64,000 nt of DNA from Thermoproteota archaeon (GCA_029258885.1 JAPDJW010000003.1:1-64000); one strand, 5' to 3'. Positions 8,320-17,975 are shown, numbered from the stretch's first letter. A program made the numbers and translations. The notes: generated by a model from the sequence alone, not told the origin.

Positions 8320-9402
8320 TTATTTCTTTATTTTTTGTATAATCAGTTTTTCATCAGGTATAATAAGTCTACGTCCTTGAATATATCTGGCGCTCCCCGG
8401 TAGCACATCGTGGAATAATATCTTTTCCATATAGCCTAAAAGCTGATAATCCTCTATTATGTTTTTGTCCTTCAACTTTGATACAATTTTTATAAAATTG
8501 AAATAATCTGCATGATCTAATCTCGTAAAGAGCATTACTTCAGGCTCTTCCTCATATACATACACATACCTAAATGCTGGATAAACTATAATGGAGCTAA
8601 TGAAGCTCAGCATTTTCTCTCTACTATTAAAGGATAGAACATGGTATGATGCGGGTATTTTACTGTATCTTCCAAATACTATATTCATACAGTAGTTTTC
8701 TATTAGTGGTTTTACATGTCTACTGTAGTGGTAATTTATTAGCTGAGAGTTTTTATTTAATCTTCTAGATATATATCCCATGTTTATTAATGCATTTTTC
8801 TCTAGTGCTCTAATAATGTTTAAATCTATTCTATCGATCTTGCCTACAAAGTCGTCGTCATCATCACCGTACTTCGGCAATACTTCTAGGTTTATATAGC
8901 CATCTAGTACATTATTTAGTATATTATTCCATCGTATGGGGAAATCTTCGCTTCCAAAGTCATAAAGCTTTGAAACAGGCCTCCATGTGAGTACATCATA
9001 TATTTTGAAGGATGAAATAATTTTCCCTCCAATCACTTCCTTACAGTACTCGATGAGTTTATTTTCGTATCCTTTTGGAGGAGTTATATATGTGAGAGCT
9101 ATCTCCCCTCTCGGAGTCAGTAGCTTCACTATTGCTCTAATATATCTATACATTAACGCGTTTTTATCGTCTATTCTATAGCCCTTTATCATTAGAAATA
9201 TTCTACTTAAGCCAATCCTCCTATAGTTTATTTTAGCCATAATTCTACCGTACGCCATTAGCTTTTTGAGCCTTTTCCTAACTGCCTCTTTACTCATATG
9301 TAGTTCCCGCGCTATCTGAGTCATTCTCTTCGTCTTATACAGCTTCTCTAGAATCAATGCATAGGTGTAATCCAGTTTAAGCTCATTCTTCATGTTTCTC
9401 AC
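8320..9402 (-). CDS. Tandem-duplicated Lrp/AsnC-like transcriptional regulator (two HTH modules)
   Basis: HTH1 MTQIARELHMSKEAVRKRLKKL; HTH2 IDRIDLNIIRALEKNALINMGYISRRLNKNSQLINYHY; AT-rich gene. Confidence 0.7.
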   Translation of the reverse strand: MRNMKNELKLDYTYALILEKLYKTKRMTQIARELHMSKEAVRKRLKKLMAYGRIMAKINYRRIGLSRIFLMIKGYRIDDKNALMYRYIRAIVKLLTPRGEIALTYITPPKGYENKLIEYCKEVIGGKIISSFKIYDVLTWRPVSKLYDFGSEDFPIRWNNILNNVLDGYINLEVLPKYGDDDDDFVGKIDRIDLNIIRALEKNALINMGYISRRLNKNSQLINYHYSRHVKPLIENYCMNIVFGRYSKIPASYHVLSFNSREKMLSFISSIIVYPAFRYVYVYEEEPEVMLFTRLDHADYFNFIKIVSKLKDKNIIEDYQLLGYMEKILFHDVLPGSARYIQGRRLIIPDEKLIIQKIKK

Positions 9403-9640
9403 CTTACTTTTAGGTTTTATCCTTTATAACTTTTACGTTCATTTTTATGCGATTATTTCAGCATTATATATGTTTTACTACCTTGTTTTACTTTGTATAA
9501 TAATCTTTAGTTATCTTCAATATTTAATCTTAGGATGCTGGCGCCATTAAATCTGCCTTTATATAGGTTTTGACTTCAAAAATCCTTTTGTATATTATTT
9601 TATGTCTATTGTTATTTGGCATATTTATTAGCTTAGTATT

Positions 9641-10639
9641 TTGGTTTTGTGTTTAGCATTGCGCTATTTAGTTTTCCTAGCTATATCATGCATCTATACT
9701 TATTGTTTAAGATTAAGCATATCAATAGGTGCTGGTGTTATGGTTTCTGTGGAAATCCTAGTAGTTGGTTTACTGCCCCGCGATTCGGGTAAGACTACGG
9801 TATCCAGGTTTATAGCCAGTTTTCTCAGGGAAAATGGGGTAGCTGTTAGCGTATTTAAGCCTGTAAGCGGCCATAACTGGTTTTACCAATACGAGGCTTA
9901 TTTAAGGAGCTTTGAATGCGGCGTACTTTTCTGTGAAGATATTATTAAGCTTAGGGATGCTGCTGGTATAGATGAACCCTACGAGCTTCTTAACCCGGTA
10001 GACTTTCTCCTTTCCCCTCTTGACCCATTCTTCTATGCAGATAGGGATTCCATAGGAGAATTCTTTATCAGATCCAGTATAGAGTTTGCACAGGCCATTA
10101 TAGGCAGGATAACGTACGTTGAGGATGATAAGCTTTTCAACACCTACCTGCTTAATGAGGAAGCATTACATGAATCCATTATGACAATTGAGTATATTGG
10201 AAGGTTTCTAGATAATGCCGATAAAGTCGTTAAGCCTAGGGATTGGAGGGAGTTTGAACATATACTCTATGATCTAACTCCCAAAGCCACTTCAACCTGC
10301 TACAATAGACTTAAAAGCAAATACGATGTAATGGTTATCGAAAGCTTCAACGACGCCGCATACCCCTGCAACGAAGCACTTAACTCAAAATACGTAGTTG
10401 CAGTATCTCCCGGCAGAGTCTTCCTCTACAGCGGAGAAGACTACGTGAAGGTGATATCCACCCTAGATTCACTATATAGGAAGCCTCTTAGACTCGAGGA
10501 CGTAATATCGTATCTAAAGCCCCTCGAAACATTTACGTACGAGCCAGCTCCACCCGAAGCCCTAAAGGATTTAGATAAATTATTAAAATGGTTTAAAGAG
10601 TATTTAGGTAAGTTAGTGAATATATTTCTAAAAGGATAA
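9641..10639 (+). CDS. Archaeal P-loop ATPase/GTPase (COG4028-like); probable start ATG 9740
   Basis: ILVVGLLPRDSGKTT, FKPVSGHN, NPVDFL, VIESFNDAAYP. Confidence 0.75.
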   Translation: MVLCLALRYLVFLAISCIYTYCLRLSISIGAGVMVSVEILVVGLLPRDSGKTTVSRFIASFLRENGVAVSVFKPVSGHNWFYQYEAYLRSFECGVLFCEDIIKLRDAAGIDEPYELLNPVDFLLSPLDPFFYADRDSIGEFFIRSSIEFAQAIIGRITYVEDDKLFNTYLLNEEALHESIMTIEYIGRFLDNADKVVKPRDWREFEHILYDLTPKATSTCYNRLKSKYDVMVIESFNDAAYPCNEALNSKYVVAVSPGRVFLYSGEDYVKVISTLDSLYRKPLRLEDVISYLKPLETFTYEPAPPEALKDLDKLLKWFKEYLGKLVNIFLKG

Positions 10640-10760
10640 GAAGATTCCATGTCTATGGTTATATTGTTGCTATGAAGCCAATGTGCCTAGATATTTAGCT
10701 TAATCGTGGATTATGGGTAACTTTATATTCATGTTAACTTAGATTTAATATGGGGAAATT

Positions 10761-11003
10761 ATGTATTATGTGGTACAAATAGATAAACGTGGGAGAATAA
10801 TTATCCCGCGGGAGATTAGGAGAAAAATAGGTATTAAACCTATGGATAAGATGGTTGTTAGAATTAGATCCGATGGCGTAATAGAGGTTTTTCCATTTGA
10901 TAGACTTTATAGGGAGGTCAGCAGGGTATTTGAGGAGAAGTTTAGGGGTTGGAGAGAGGAGAGCCACGAGGCAACAAAGGTACTTAGAGGAATGGTGAAG
11001 TAG
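10761..11003 (+). CDS. vapB: AbrB-family antitoxin (VapB), pair 2
   Basis: QIDKRGRIIIPREIRRKIGI; stop abuts the PIN start. Confidence 0.9.
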   Translation: MYYVVQIDKRGRIIIPREIRRKIGIKPMDKMVVRIRSDGVIEVFPFDRLYREVSRVFEEKFRGWREESHEATKVLRGMVK

Positions 11004-11426
11004 ATGGAGATAGTTGATACCATATATCTCATGGCCTTCCTTAGACCTAATGATCCCCTTCATGATGATGCCGTTAAAATAGTTGAGTCGGTTAATTCTG
11101 AGAGAAGAGTCTCTCAAGCTTCACTAGTAGAGCTAGATTTATTGATGAAGAGCCGTGGCTTCAGCTGGGAGGAGAGGTTTAAGACATGGGTTTTGCTTGA
11201 GGGATTGATAGCCAGCGAATACGTTGAGGCAATTTATCCCTCTGACTTAGCTCTAGCCACATTTATAGAGCATAAGTATGGACTAGACTACTTTGATGCA
11301 ATAGTATCTGCTCAATGCATCCTTAGGGATGCTAGACCGTTAACTACCGATAGGGAGATACTCTATGTCGTTTCAAGGCTTCCAGAGATAATTAATGAGT
11401 ATAGAAGCTTTAAATCATTCATGTAG
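11004..11426 (+). CDS. vapC: PIN-domain toxin (VapC), pair 2
   Basis: IVDTIYL, SLVELD, LDYFDAIV, LTTDRE: all four acidic residues present. Confidence 0.9.
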   Translation: MEIVDTIYLMAFLRPNDPLHDDAVKIVESVNSERRVSQASLVELDLLMKSRGFSWEERFKTWVLLEGLIASEYVEAIYPSDLALATFIEHKYGLDYFDAIVSAQCILRDARPLTTDREILYVVSRLPEIINEYRSFKSFM

Positions 11427-11468
11427 AGAGCTAACAGGTATATAGTTGCTGATATTGGGATCGTTGTC

Positions 11469-12199
11469 TCATTTAGAGTATAACGCAACGGTAGGCTTTT
11501 CAACAATACTTGACACCAGAGCTATTAGAAGTATAGTAAATAGGGTAAAACCTTGGGTTAATGCACATATTATGGATACTATGAGCATTGTTATTGAGTC
11601 TTCAAGGGGATTTACGTCTGCAGTAGGCAGCGCCTTCACTCCATGTGCTCTATCGCCTTCAATACTCTTAACTATCTTCCTTCTAAGGATTATTAGGAAG
11701 GCATATATGCCGGAAAAAGCGAGAGGACTGTTTTTTTCTCTTATCAATCCGCCATATATTATGCTGAGTATCGAAAGGAAGACTATCGTAAGATTCCCTA
11801 TAAACCCCATCTTTTATATTCTCTAGGCATAAAGGTATAGGGGCACAGAGGCTAAAATCGATGTAAGAATACAGTAGATATTATAGGTAAACATTGAAGC
11901 CAGAACCCTCAGCATAAAAACACTACAGCAACTATACGTGCAGTCCTCAAGCTGATTTCCCCGGGGGGAAGCGGCCTATAAGGCTTATTGATAAGGTCGA
12001 TTCCATAATCGTAGTAGTCGTTGATAATGTTTCCTGCAGCGGATATCAGGAATACCGACGCCAGCAGATATAACAGCTGATACGAGAAAACGTCTCCGCT
12101 ACACGAGACCACGTATCCAGTCACTGTAGCAACTGCAATAATTAGGCAGTTAGTTATCCTCATAAGCCTTAGAAGGTATTTAACCATGTAAAATATCAA
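11469..12199 (-). pseudogene. Disrupted UbiA-family prenyltransferase (digeranylgeranylglyceryl-phosphate-synthase-like)
   Basis: 5' part AGNIINDYYDYGIDLINKPYRPLP; frameshift at the T5 run (11916-11920); reconstructed LYLYA*RI*KMGFIGN with stops at 11823-25 and 11814-16; eroded second motif KIVKSIEGDRAHGVKALP. Confidence 0.85.
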
Positions 12200-12224
12200 C
12201 GTTTCATAATATTTAAGTAGTACG

Positions 12225-12784
12225 CTACATGAGTAAGTAGGCTAGTGTTGAGATAAAACCCACGAAACAGCCTGCTAAAACCTGTTTCCAGTTGTGTGCA
12301 CCAACTTTAACTCTAGCCCATCCCGACAGGGGAGTAGGGATGATAGGATAATAGCGGCTGGATAGCCGACGCTTGTGAAGAATACTATGGGTATGATTAG
12401 CGATGCTAAGTGAATGCTTACTTCCCATCGAAGCGAGATTATGAAGAGGGCGAATGATGAAATAAATGATATGAATTCCAGTGTAGCGAAGACCATGTAT
12501 CCAGCCTCATTAAACAGCATGTATGAAACAAGATAGGATATAATGCCTGGAATAAATAGCGGTATTCTATCTTTTCCTCTCGTAACGAAGAAGTTTCCCT
12601 TTCTACAGTGGATGGCATATCAATGGCGGTAAACAGGCACTACTACGTGGAAGATAAAGCCCGTTAATACGTAGATTAAAGTAAAATCCTCAATCATCTC
12701 TAAGAACGCAAGTTCACATAAACTTATAACAGGAAGTGAGAGAACGGCTGAAATAGTTCTAGCAACGCTCTCTTCTTCAACCAA
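12225..12784 (-). pseudogene. Disrupted PAP2-superfamily membrane phosphatase
   Basis: TTG start at 12784 after AGGTGA; pieces in three frames: ...VVVPVYRH*, then FFVTRGKDRIPLF...WEVSIHLASL...LLP, then LSGWARVKVGAHNWKQVLAG (frameshift at the C4 run 12329-12332). Confidence 0.75.
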
Positions 12785-12837
12785 CTAATCACCTAAATTG
12801 AAGATAGATCCCCCCTGACTTGCGAGCAGAGCTAAGT

Positions 12838-13200
12838 CTAAGCTACCAGCGAAATAATGGCATTAGCTATCCATGGTGCTAGCCTTATCCCGACGTAAAC
12901 AAAGGCTGTTATGATAGCTAGCTCAAGTCCAGCCTTAACGTTTAGGGCACCTAATAGTATAGCGGCTCCAAAGTCGAATACTGCAGCTAACACTATAGCA
13001 GCGGTGAGCCCCCAAAACTTTAGTGTATAGAATAGGATTATGAATAAGGGTATGCCAAGCATACATCCGAGAGCTATGACGACTAGCGGACTTATTCTCA
13101 TAATTTTTGCCTGAGAGACAAGCATGGCTGTCATTCTAGGGCAGGTAACGTAAAGCGCGAAGGCCAGGGAAGCTATAAACACGGGGAATATTTCTTTCAT
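12838..13200 (-). CDS. Small 4-TM membrane protein, function unknown
   Basis: 120-aa hydrophobic ORF with YVTCPRM motif and typical codon usage. Confidence 0.65.
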   Translation of the reverse strand: MKEIFPVFIASLAFALYVTCPRMTAMLVSQAKIMRISPLVVIALGCMLGIPLFIILFYTLKFWGLTAAIVLAAVFDFGAAILLGALNVKAGLELAIITAFVYVGIRLAPWIANAIISLVA

Positions 13201-13316
13201 AGCACTACACCTGCAAATAATAGCTTTGTTTGGTTATTATAATTTATTGCTGTAATAAAATACCATTAGCTATTAGAGGTGATAAGTTAGGTAGCTTAAA
13301 GCAAGAGCGATAACGT

Positions 13317-13781
13317 TTAATTATCATTATTTGAGCATATTCTAGGATGTTTTTCATATTCGTAATAATAATATAAATATTTTAAGAAATCAGGAAAGCC
13401 TTTAGGACATTCCTTAATAAATCTTATGAATTTTATAATTCTATCCAAAGTTATTTCATGGATTTTATGTTCAATATAGCAAGCATCCTCTTCTGCAATA
13501 TCTTCCGGTATTTTAAGAAGTAACATGAGAAACTCTTTTAACGCTACATGTCTTTTATAGATCTCCTTTGCTATTTTAAGCCCCTTATCAGTCAATGTTA
13601 TTAATTCATGCTTCTCATAATGTACAAGCCCCTTCCTTCTTAACCTGTCCAAATATTCTACTACCGATGAAGGTTTTATTTTGAGTATTTTAGCTAAGTC
13701 TTTTATCCTAATAATGCCTTTTCTTTTCATCAATATATACATGGCCTCTAAATACTCTTCTTCCCTTTTACTTCTAATCAT
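13317..13781 (-). CDS. DtxR/IdeR/MntR-family metal-dependent repressor
   Basis: EEYLEAMY, RIKDLAKILKIKPSSVVEYL, LTDKG, RHVALKEFL, AEEDACYIEH; divergent from feoA. Confidence 0.92.
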   Translation of the reverse strand: MIRSKREEEYLEAMYILMKRKGIIRIKDLAKILKIKPSSVVEYLDRLRRKGLVHYEKHELITLTDKGLKIAKEIYKRHVALKEFLMLLLKIPEDIAEEDACYIEHKIHEITLDRIIKFIRFIKECPKGFPDFLKYLYYYYEYEKHPRICSNNDN

Positions 13782-13923
13782 GCATAAGCCCCCTATAATT
13801 ACTTTAAACCCTTAATAAATATATTACTTTATTTATATAAAGTAAGATATCTCTATATTTTAATTTAAAATTAAATTTATTTAAGATTAATTTTGTGCAT
13901 ATGCTAGTAAAAAAATTTAAATA

Positions 13924-13956
13924 TTAGGTTATCCTAATATATTTCGGTTATCCTAA
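13924..13956 (+). promoter_or_regulatory. Tandem DtxR-type boxes upstream of feoA
   Basis: TTAGGTTATCCTAA (13924-13937, TTAGG/CCTAA dyad) and TTCGGTTATCCTAA (13943-13956), 19-nt period, between an AAAAAATTTAAAT BRE/TATA and the ATG; resembles the DtxR consensus TTAGGTTAGCCTAACCTAA. Confidence 0.75.
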
Positions 13957-13957
13957 T

Positions 13958-14191
13958 ATGATTAAGAAGCTTAGTGAGCTAAACATTGGCGAAAGAGGGA
14001 TAGTAGTAAATATTGTTGGTAAAGGAGCATTAATTAGGAGACTACTAGACATGGGGATAGTTAGGGGTGTCGAGATAAGAGTAATTAGGAAAGCTCCCCT
14101 AGGAGACCCAATAGAGTTTGAAATAAAGGGTTATTATCTATCTTTAAGGAGAGACGAAGCAAGGCATGTCTTTGTGGAGGTGGTGAAGTGA
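13958..14191 (+). CDS. feoA: Ferrous iron transport protein A
   Basis: LSELNIGERG, RRLLDMGIVRG, RKAPLGDPIE, LSLRRDEA. Confidence 0.95.
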   Translation: MIKKLSELNIGERGIVVNIVGKGALIRRLLDMGIVRGVEIRVIRKAPLGDPIEFEIKGYYLSLRRDEARHVFVEVVK

Positions 14192-14262
14192 AGGTTGTTC
14201 TGTTAGTATTTCCTCTCTCTAATCAAAGGGATCTGAAAATTCTAGTTGAGGTGAAAAATTGA
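14188..14262 (+). pseudogene. 24-codon linker ORF, probably the internally deleted remnant of a second feoA
   Basis: VKVVLLVFPLSNQRDLKILVEVKN*; GTGA overlap with the feoA stop and TTGA overlap with the feoB start; PLS and KILVEV resemble FeoA termini. Confidence 0.4.
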
Positions 14263-14765
14263 AGAAAGTAATTAGGGTAGCCTTAGCTGGAAATCCAAAT
14301 GTTGGAAAGTCTGTTATTTTCAATAACTTAACTAAAGGCCATCAACATGTTGGAAATTGGCCTGGTAAGACTATAGAGAAAAAAGAAGGTATTTGTAAGT
14401 ATAAGGGATATAGTATTTATATAGTTGACTTACCCGGAACTTATAGTTTAACAGCGTATTCGCTAGAGGAATTAATAGCTAGGAATTACATTATAGAGGA
14501 GAAACCTGATGTAGTGGTAAACATAGTTGATGCATCAAATCCAGAGAGAAACCTTTACCTAACGCTACAACTAATTGAGCTGGGAGCACCATTGGTTATT
14601 GCATTAAATAAAATGGATCTAGCTGAGGATAAGGGCTATGAGATAGATCATCGTGAACTTGAAAAACTGCTAGGAGTTCCAGTCGTTCCAACAATAGCGC
14701 CTAAAAAGATAGGGATGGAGGAATTGTGTGAAAAAATTCTTGAAGTAGCTGAGGTGAAAAAATGA
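14259..14765 (+). CDS. feoB: FeoB N-terminal GTPase domain (separate ORF)
   Basis: GNPNVGKS, VGNWPGKT, DLPG, NKMD. Confidence 0.9.
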   Translation: MKKVIRVALAGNPNVGKSVIFNNLTKGHQHVGNWPGKTIEKKEGICKYKGYSIYIVDLPGTYSLTAYSLEELIARNYIIEEKPDVVVNIVDASNPERNLYLTLQLIELGAPLVIALNKMDLAEDKGYEIDHRELEKLLGVPVVPTIAPKKIGMEELCEKILEVAEVKK

Positions 14766-16279
14766 GCACTGTAATATCGTATGGTAGGGATGTTGAAGAA
14801 TCCATAAGGAGAATAGAGCGAACGTTAAAAAGAGATCCAAAGATAACTTCAATGTACAACACAAGGTGGCTAGCCATAAAACTTCTCGAAGAGGATGAAG
14901 AGGTGATAAAGAGGTTAAAGGAATCATCTCTATTTAATGATATTATTAAGGTGTCAGGAGAGGAAAGAAATAAATTATCTGCTAAATATGGCGACGTCGA
15001 AGTGTTGCTCGCTGATGTGAGGTACAAGGTAATTGAAGATATAGTTAGAAGAGTGGTTAGGGGTAGAAAAGTAGCGTACACTTTAAGCGATCTTCTTGAT
15101 AAGGCTATTTTAGACAGAATACTAGGTATACCAATATTTCTCATTGTATTATGGGTCATGTTTCAGTTTACAATGCTAGTTTCAGCTCCTTTCTGCGATT
15201 TAGTAGGAGACTTTTTCGCATGGTTAGCTTCCCAAGAATGGTTATATACTGGTAACGATACGGTAGACTCCCTATTATTTGGAGATTATGGAGTAATAAA
15301 TGGAGTAGGCACTGTCCTCAGCTTCACGCCTTTGATTTTCTTCCTTTACTTCGCACTATCCATCCTAGAGGATAGCGGATACATGGCCAGAGCGGCTTTC
15401 ACTATGGATAGGATTATGCGCAAATTGGGCTTGACCGGTAGAACTATTTTCTCAATGATATTAGGTTTTGGATGCAATATTCCTGCTGTTTACTCAACAA
15501 GGGCGATTCCCTACGAAGAGGATAGGTTAATAGCCATATTAATTAACCCATTAATGCTTTGTAGTGCAAGATTAACAGCGCTTGCACTACTTGCTTCAAC
15601 ATTTTTTGGTGAAATGGCGGGTGACATCGTATTCTCCCTATACTTATTGGGAATTCTCCTAGCTATCATCTTGGCGAAAATATTTCGAAAGATTATTTTC
15701 GGCGGGAAAGTATCGCCTTTTATACTAGAATTACCAGATTATCAGAAACCTACATTCACATCAGTATTATTGCACGTGTGGTGGAGGGGCTCATTGTTCT
15801 TTAAAAAAGCCCTCATAGTAATAGTTCCAGGGCTACTGCTTATTCAAGTATTGGGAAGCATAGAATACGGTACATTTAAATGGGTTGGCAGTCAGTATAT
15901 AGAGTCGAGCGTTTTGGCTGCAATAGGTAGGCTATTCAGCCCAATTTTTAGTCCACTGGGTTGGGATTGGAGACTCGTTGTGGCAGCAATTTTCGGTTTC
16001 ATAGCTAAAGAAATCGTAATAGGCGCTACTGCAATGTTATATGGAGCTAGCGAAGAGGAATTACCTAACGTATTACGAGGCATTTATACTCCACTACAAG
16101 CATACGCATACATGGTATTTATTTTAGTATACGTACCTTGCATAGTAACAATAGCCGCTATTAAACACGAAGCTATGAGTTGGAAATGGGTTCTCTTTAC
16201 AATAGCTTATGAAGTAATATTAGCTTATCTATTAGCTCTTCTCGTAATGGCGTTAGGAAGCTTATTAGGATTTGGGTGA
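14762..16279 (+). CDS. feoB: FeoB helical linker plus membrane (Gate) domains (separate ORF)
   Basis: ILEDSGYMARAAF, GFGCNIPA, NPLMLCSARL, FILELP, FIAKEIV, LVYVPCIVT. Confidence 0.9.
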   Translation: MSTVISYGRDVEESIRRIERTLKRDPKITSMYNTRWLAIKLLEEDEEVIKRLKESSLFNDIIKVSGEERNKLSAKYGDVEVLLADVRYKVIEDIVRRVVRGRKVAYTLSDLLDKAILDRILGIPIFLIVLWVMFQFTMLVSAPFCDLVGDFFAWLASQEWLYTGNDTVDSLLFGDYGVINGVGTVLSFTPLIFFLYFALSILEDSGYMARAAFTMDRIMRKLGLTGRTIFSMILGFGCNIPAVYSTRAIPYEEDRLIAILINPLMLCSARLTALALLASTFFGEMAGDIVFSLYLLGILLAIILAKIFRKIIFGGKVSPFILELPDYQKPTFTSVLLHVWWRGSLFFKKALIVIVPGLLLIQVLGSIEYGTFKWVGSQYIESSVLAAIGRLFSPIFSPLGWDWRLVVAAIFGFIAKEIVIGATAMLYGASEEELPNVLRGIYTPLQAYAYMVFILVYVPCIVTIAAIKHEAMSWKWVLFTIAYEVILAYLLALLVMALGSLLGFG

Positions 16280-16826
16280 TGTGATGGAATTCGAAAAGTA
16301 TTGCAAAATTTTGGGGACATATAGCATGGTTATAGCACTTCTATATCTCACTTACGGAGTTCTAGAAGTCATATATGGAATGATATCTTGGTGGTTACCG
16401 TGGATTGAATTACCTAAAATACAACTAGGAATTACATTAAGTTTTCCTGGGAATGGAGAAAAACCATATATATGTGTTCCTAGGATAATTGCCGATCCAT
16501 TTGCTGGATTAGTTCTCGTGTTCGTATCCATGGTATTCATGAAGGCTTCTATAAATCTCTTTAAAACGAAGATAGAGGGTTGGTCTTTTATTACTGTTGG
16601 TTTGCTCTTAAGCGGTGCTCTTTTCACCTTAAACATCTTAATAGTGTTAGCCAATGGTGCCGATGTGTATTACCCGATGTTATGGGGTGAAGTACCTGAA
16701 GAAGATTGGAATATACTTACAGATGAATGGATGTTTAATCCCATGATGATGATATTTATATTAACCATCCCATTAATTAAGGTGTATAAGGAAAAAGAGG
16801 AGTTCTTAAATAAAGCCAAGATTTAA
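16272..16826 (+). CDS. Membrane protein in the feo operon, function unknown
   Basis: 184 aa, about 4 hydrophobic segments, overlaps the feoB stop. Confidence 0.65.
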   Translation: MGDVMEFEKYCKILGTYSMVIALLYLTYGVLEVIYGMISWWLPWIELPKIQLGITLSFPGNGEKPYICVPRIIADPFAGLVLVFVSMVFMKASINLFKTKIEGWSFITVGLLLSGALFTLNILIVLANGADVYYPMLWGEVPEEDWNILTDEWMFNPMMMIFILTIPLIKVYKEKEEFLNKAKI

Positions 16827-16901
16827 GATACCTATTTAGCTTCATGGTAAACGGTAGACTAATATAGTGGGTTAAGGTAGATTGCACAGCAGGGGCTACC
16901 T

Positions 16902-17945
16902 ATGGATTCAAAGCGTCTAGTCCACGAGGTTTTTGAGGAGGGAAGCGCCGCTAGAGTTCCTATTCACGTTGAGGCCGAGGATAAGCGATATGAATACGTA
17001 TTAGGCGACGTACTGGGAGTAGGGACGAGGATATCTGACTGGAGGGATTTCTACCTTAAAGGCGGCCCCTTCGCTAGAGGTAATGGTGTCAGTTTATCCG
17101 AGTGGGCCGATAGCTTGGATATAGATGCCTACGATTGGCCCGATATAGATGAGGCGGTAAATACGGCTGTTCTAAAATATAGGGAGAAAGTTCTGAGAAT
17201 AGGAGTCGATAGATTTATCCTATTTAAAGTGCTTGGTCCAACGGAGACTTCAGAGTCGTTTTTCGCCAGTAAGGTTCCGGAGAGGCTTTTAAGGCTCGGT
17301 CAGATAAGCCATAGATACGGGTTTGCGGTTATACTTAGGCTTAAGCCTAAGAAGGCGATTAAGGTGTACGATAGGATTTCCAGTTATTTACTTGAGCTAA
17401 TTAAAGCTGGCGTCGAGCTAGAGTTCGTTGATGCCGTGAGGATTGCAGATGATATGGCGAGCTACTTCGGCCCCGTCTATCCAATGTGGTTTATAGAGAA
17501 CCACTACTTAAGGTGGCATAGGGAGTTCACCAACGCCATTAAGAAGGGCGGTAAATACGCAATCCTACACTGCGATGGAGATCTCAGGAAGAGGGGAGTT
17601 ATTGTAAAGCTGGCCGAGCTATACGACGGATTTCATCCGCTTGACTTTATGCGTAAATCCACGGTAAGCGACGCATTGAAGTGGGTTGAAGCCATAGTTG
17701 AAGCCAGGAGAATGGTGAGTGAAGGCAAGGTGTTCTTCACGGGGATGCCCGTCGACCTAATATTCAGCGACAACGTCGATATTCAGGAGTTTCTAAGAGT
17801 CCCGAGAAGGCTAATCGAACTCCATGGTTCAAGATGGCTCGTACTAGCTACCACCCATAGACCATACCCCAGTAGAAGCTACAGTGAGGAGCTCCCACGG
17901 AGGAAAGTTGAGTCCGTTAGGAGGACGCTTATTCATCTGAAATAG
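16902..17945 (+). CDS. Uroporphyrinogen decarboxylase (URO-D)/MtaA-like family protein
   Basis: IADDMASYFGPVY, ILHCDGD, LVLATTH pattern typical of URO-D-like TIM barrels. Confidence 0.65.
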   Translation: MDSKRLVHEVFEEGSAARVPIHVEAEDKRYEYVLGDVLGVGTRISDWRDFYLKGGPFARGNGVSLSEWADSLDIDAYDWPDIDEAVNTAVLKYREKVLRIGVDRFILFKVLGPTETSESFFASKVPERLLRLGQISHRYGFAVILRLKPKKAIKVYDRISSYLLELIKAGVELEFVDAVRIADDMASYFGPVYPMWFIENHYLRWHREFTNAIKKGGKYAILHCDGDLRKRGVIVKLAELYDGFHPLDFMRKSTVSDALKWVEAIVEARRMVSEGKVFFTGMPVDLIFSDNVDIQEFLRVPRRLIELHGSRWLVLATTHRPYPSRSYSEELPRRKVESVRRTLIHLK

Positions 17946-17975
17946 ATATATTCGTTAAAACCATAACTATATTCC

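Noticed and set aside
11446-11826. 126-aa plus-strand ORF
   Set aside because: Antisense to the UbiA pseudogene fragment; no motifs.
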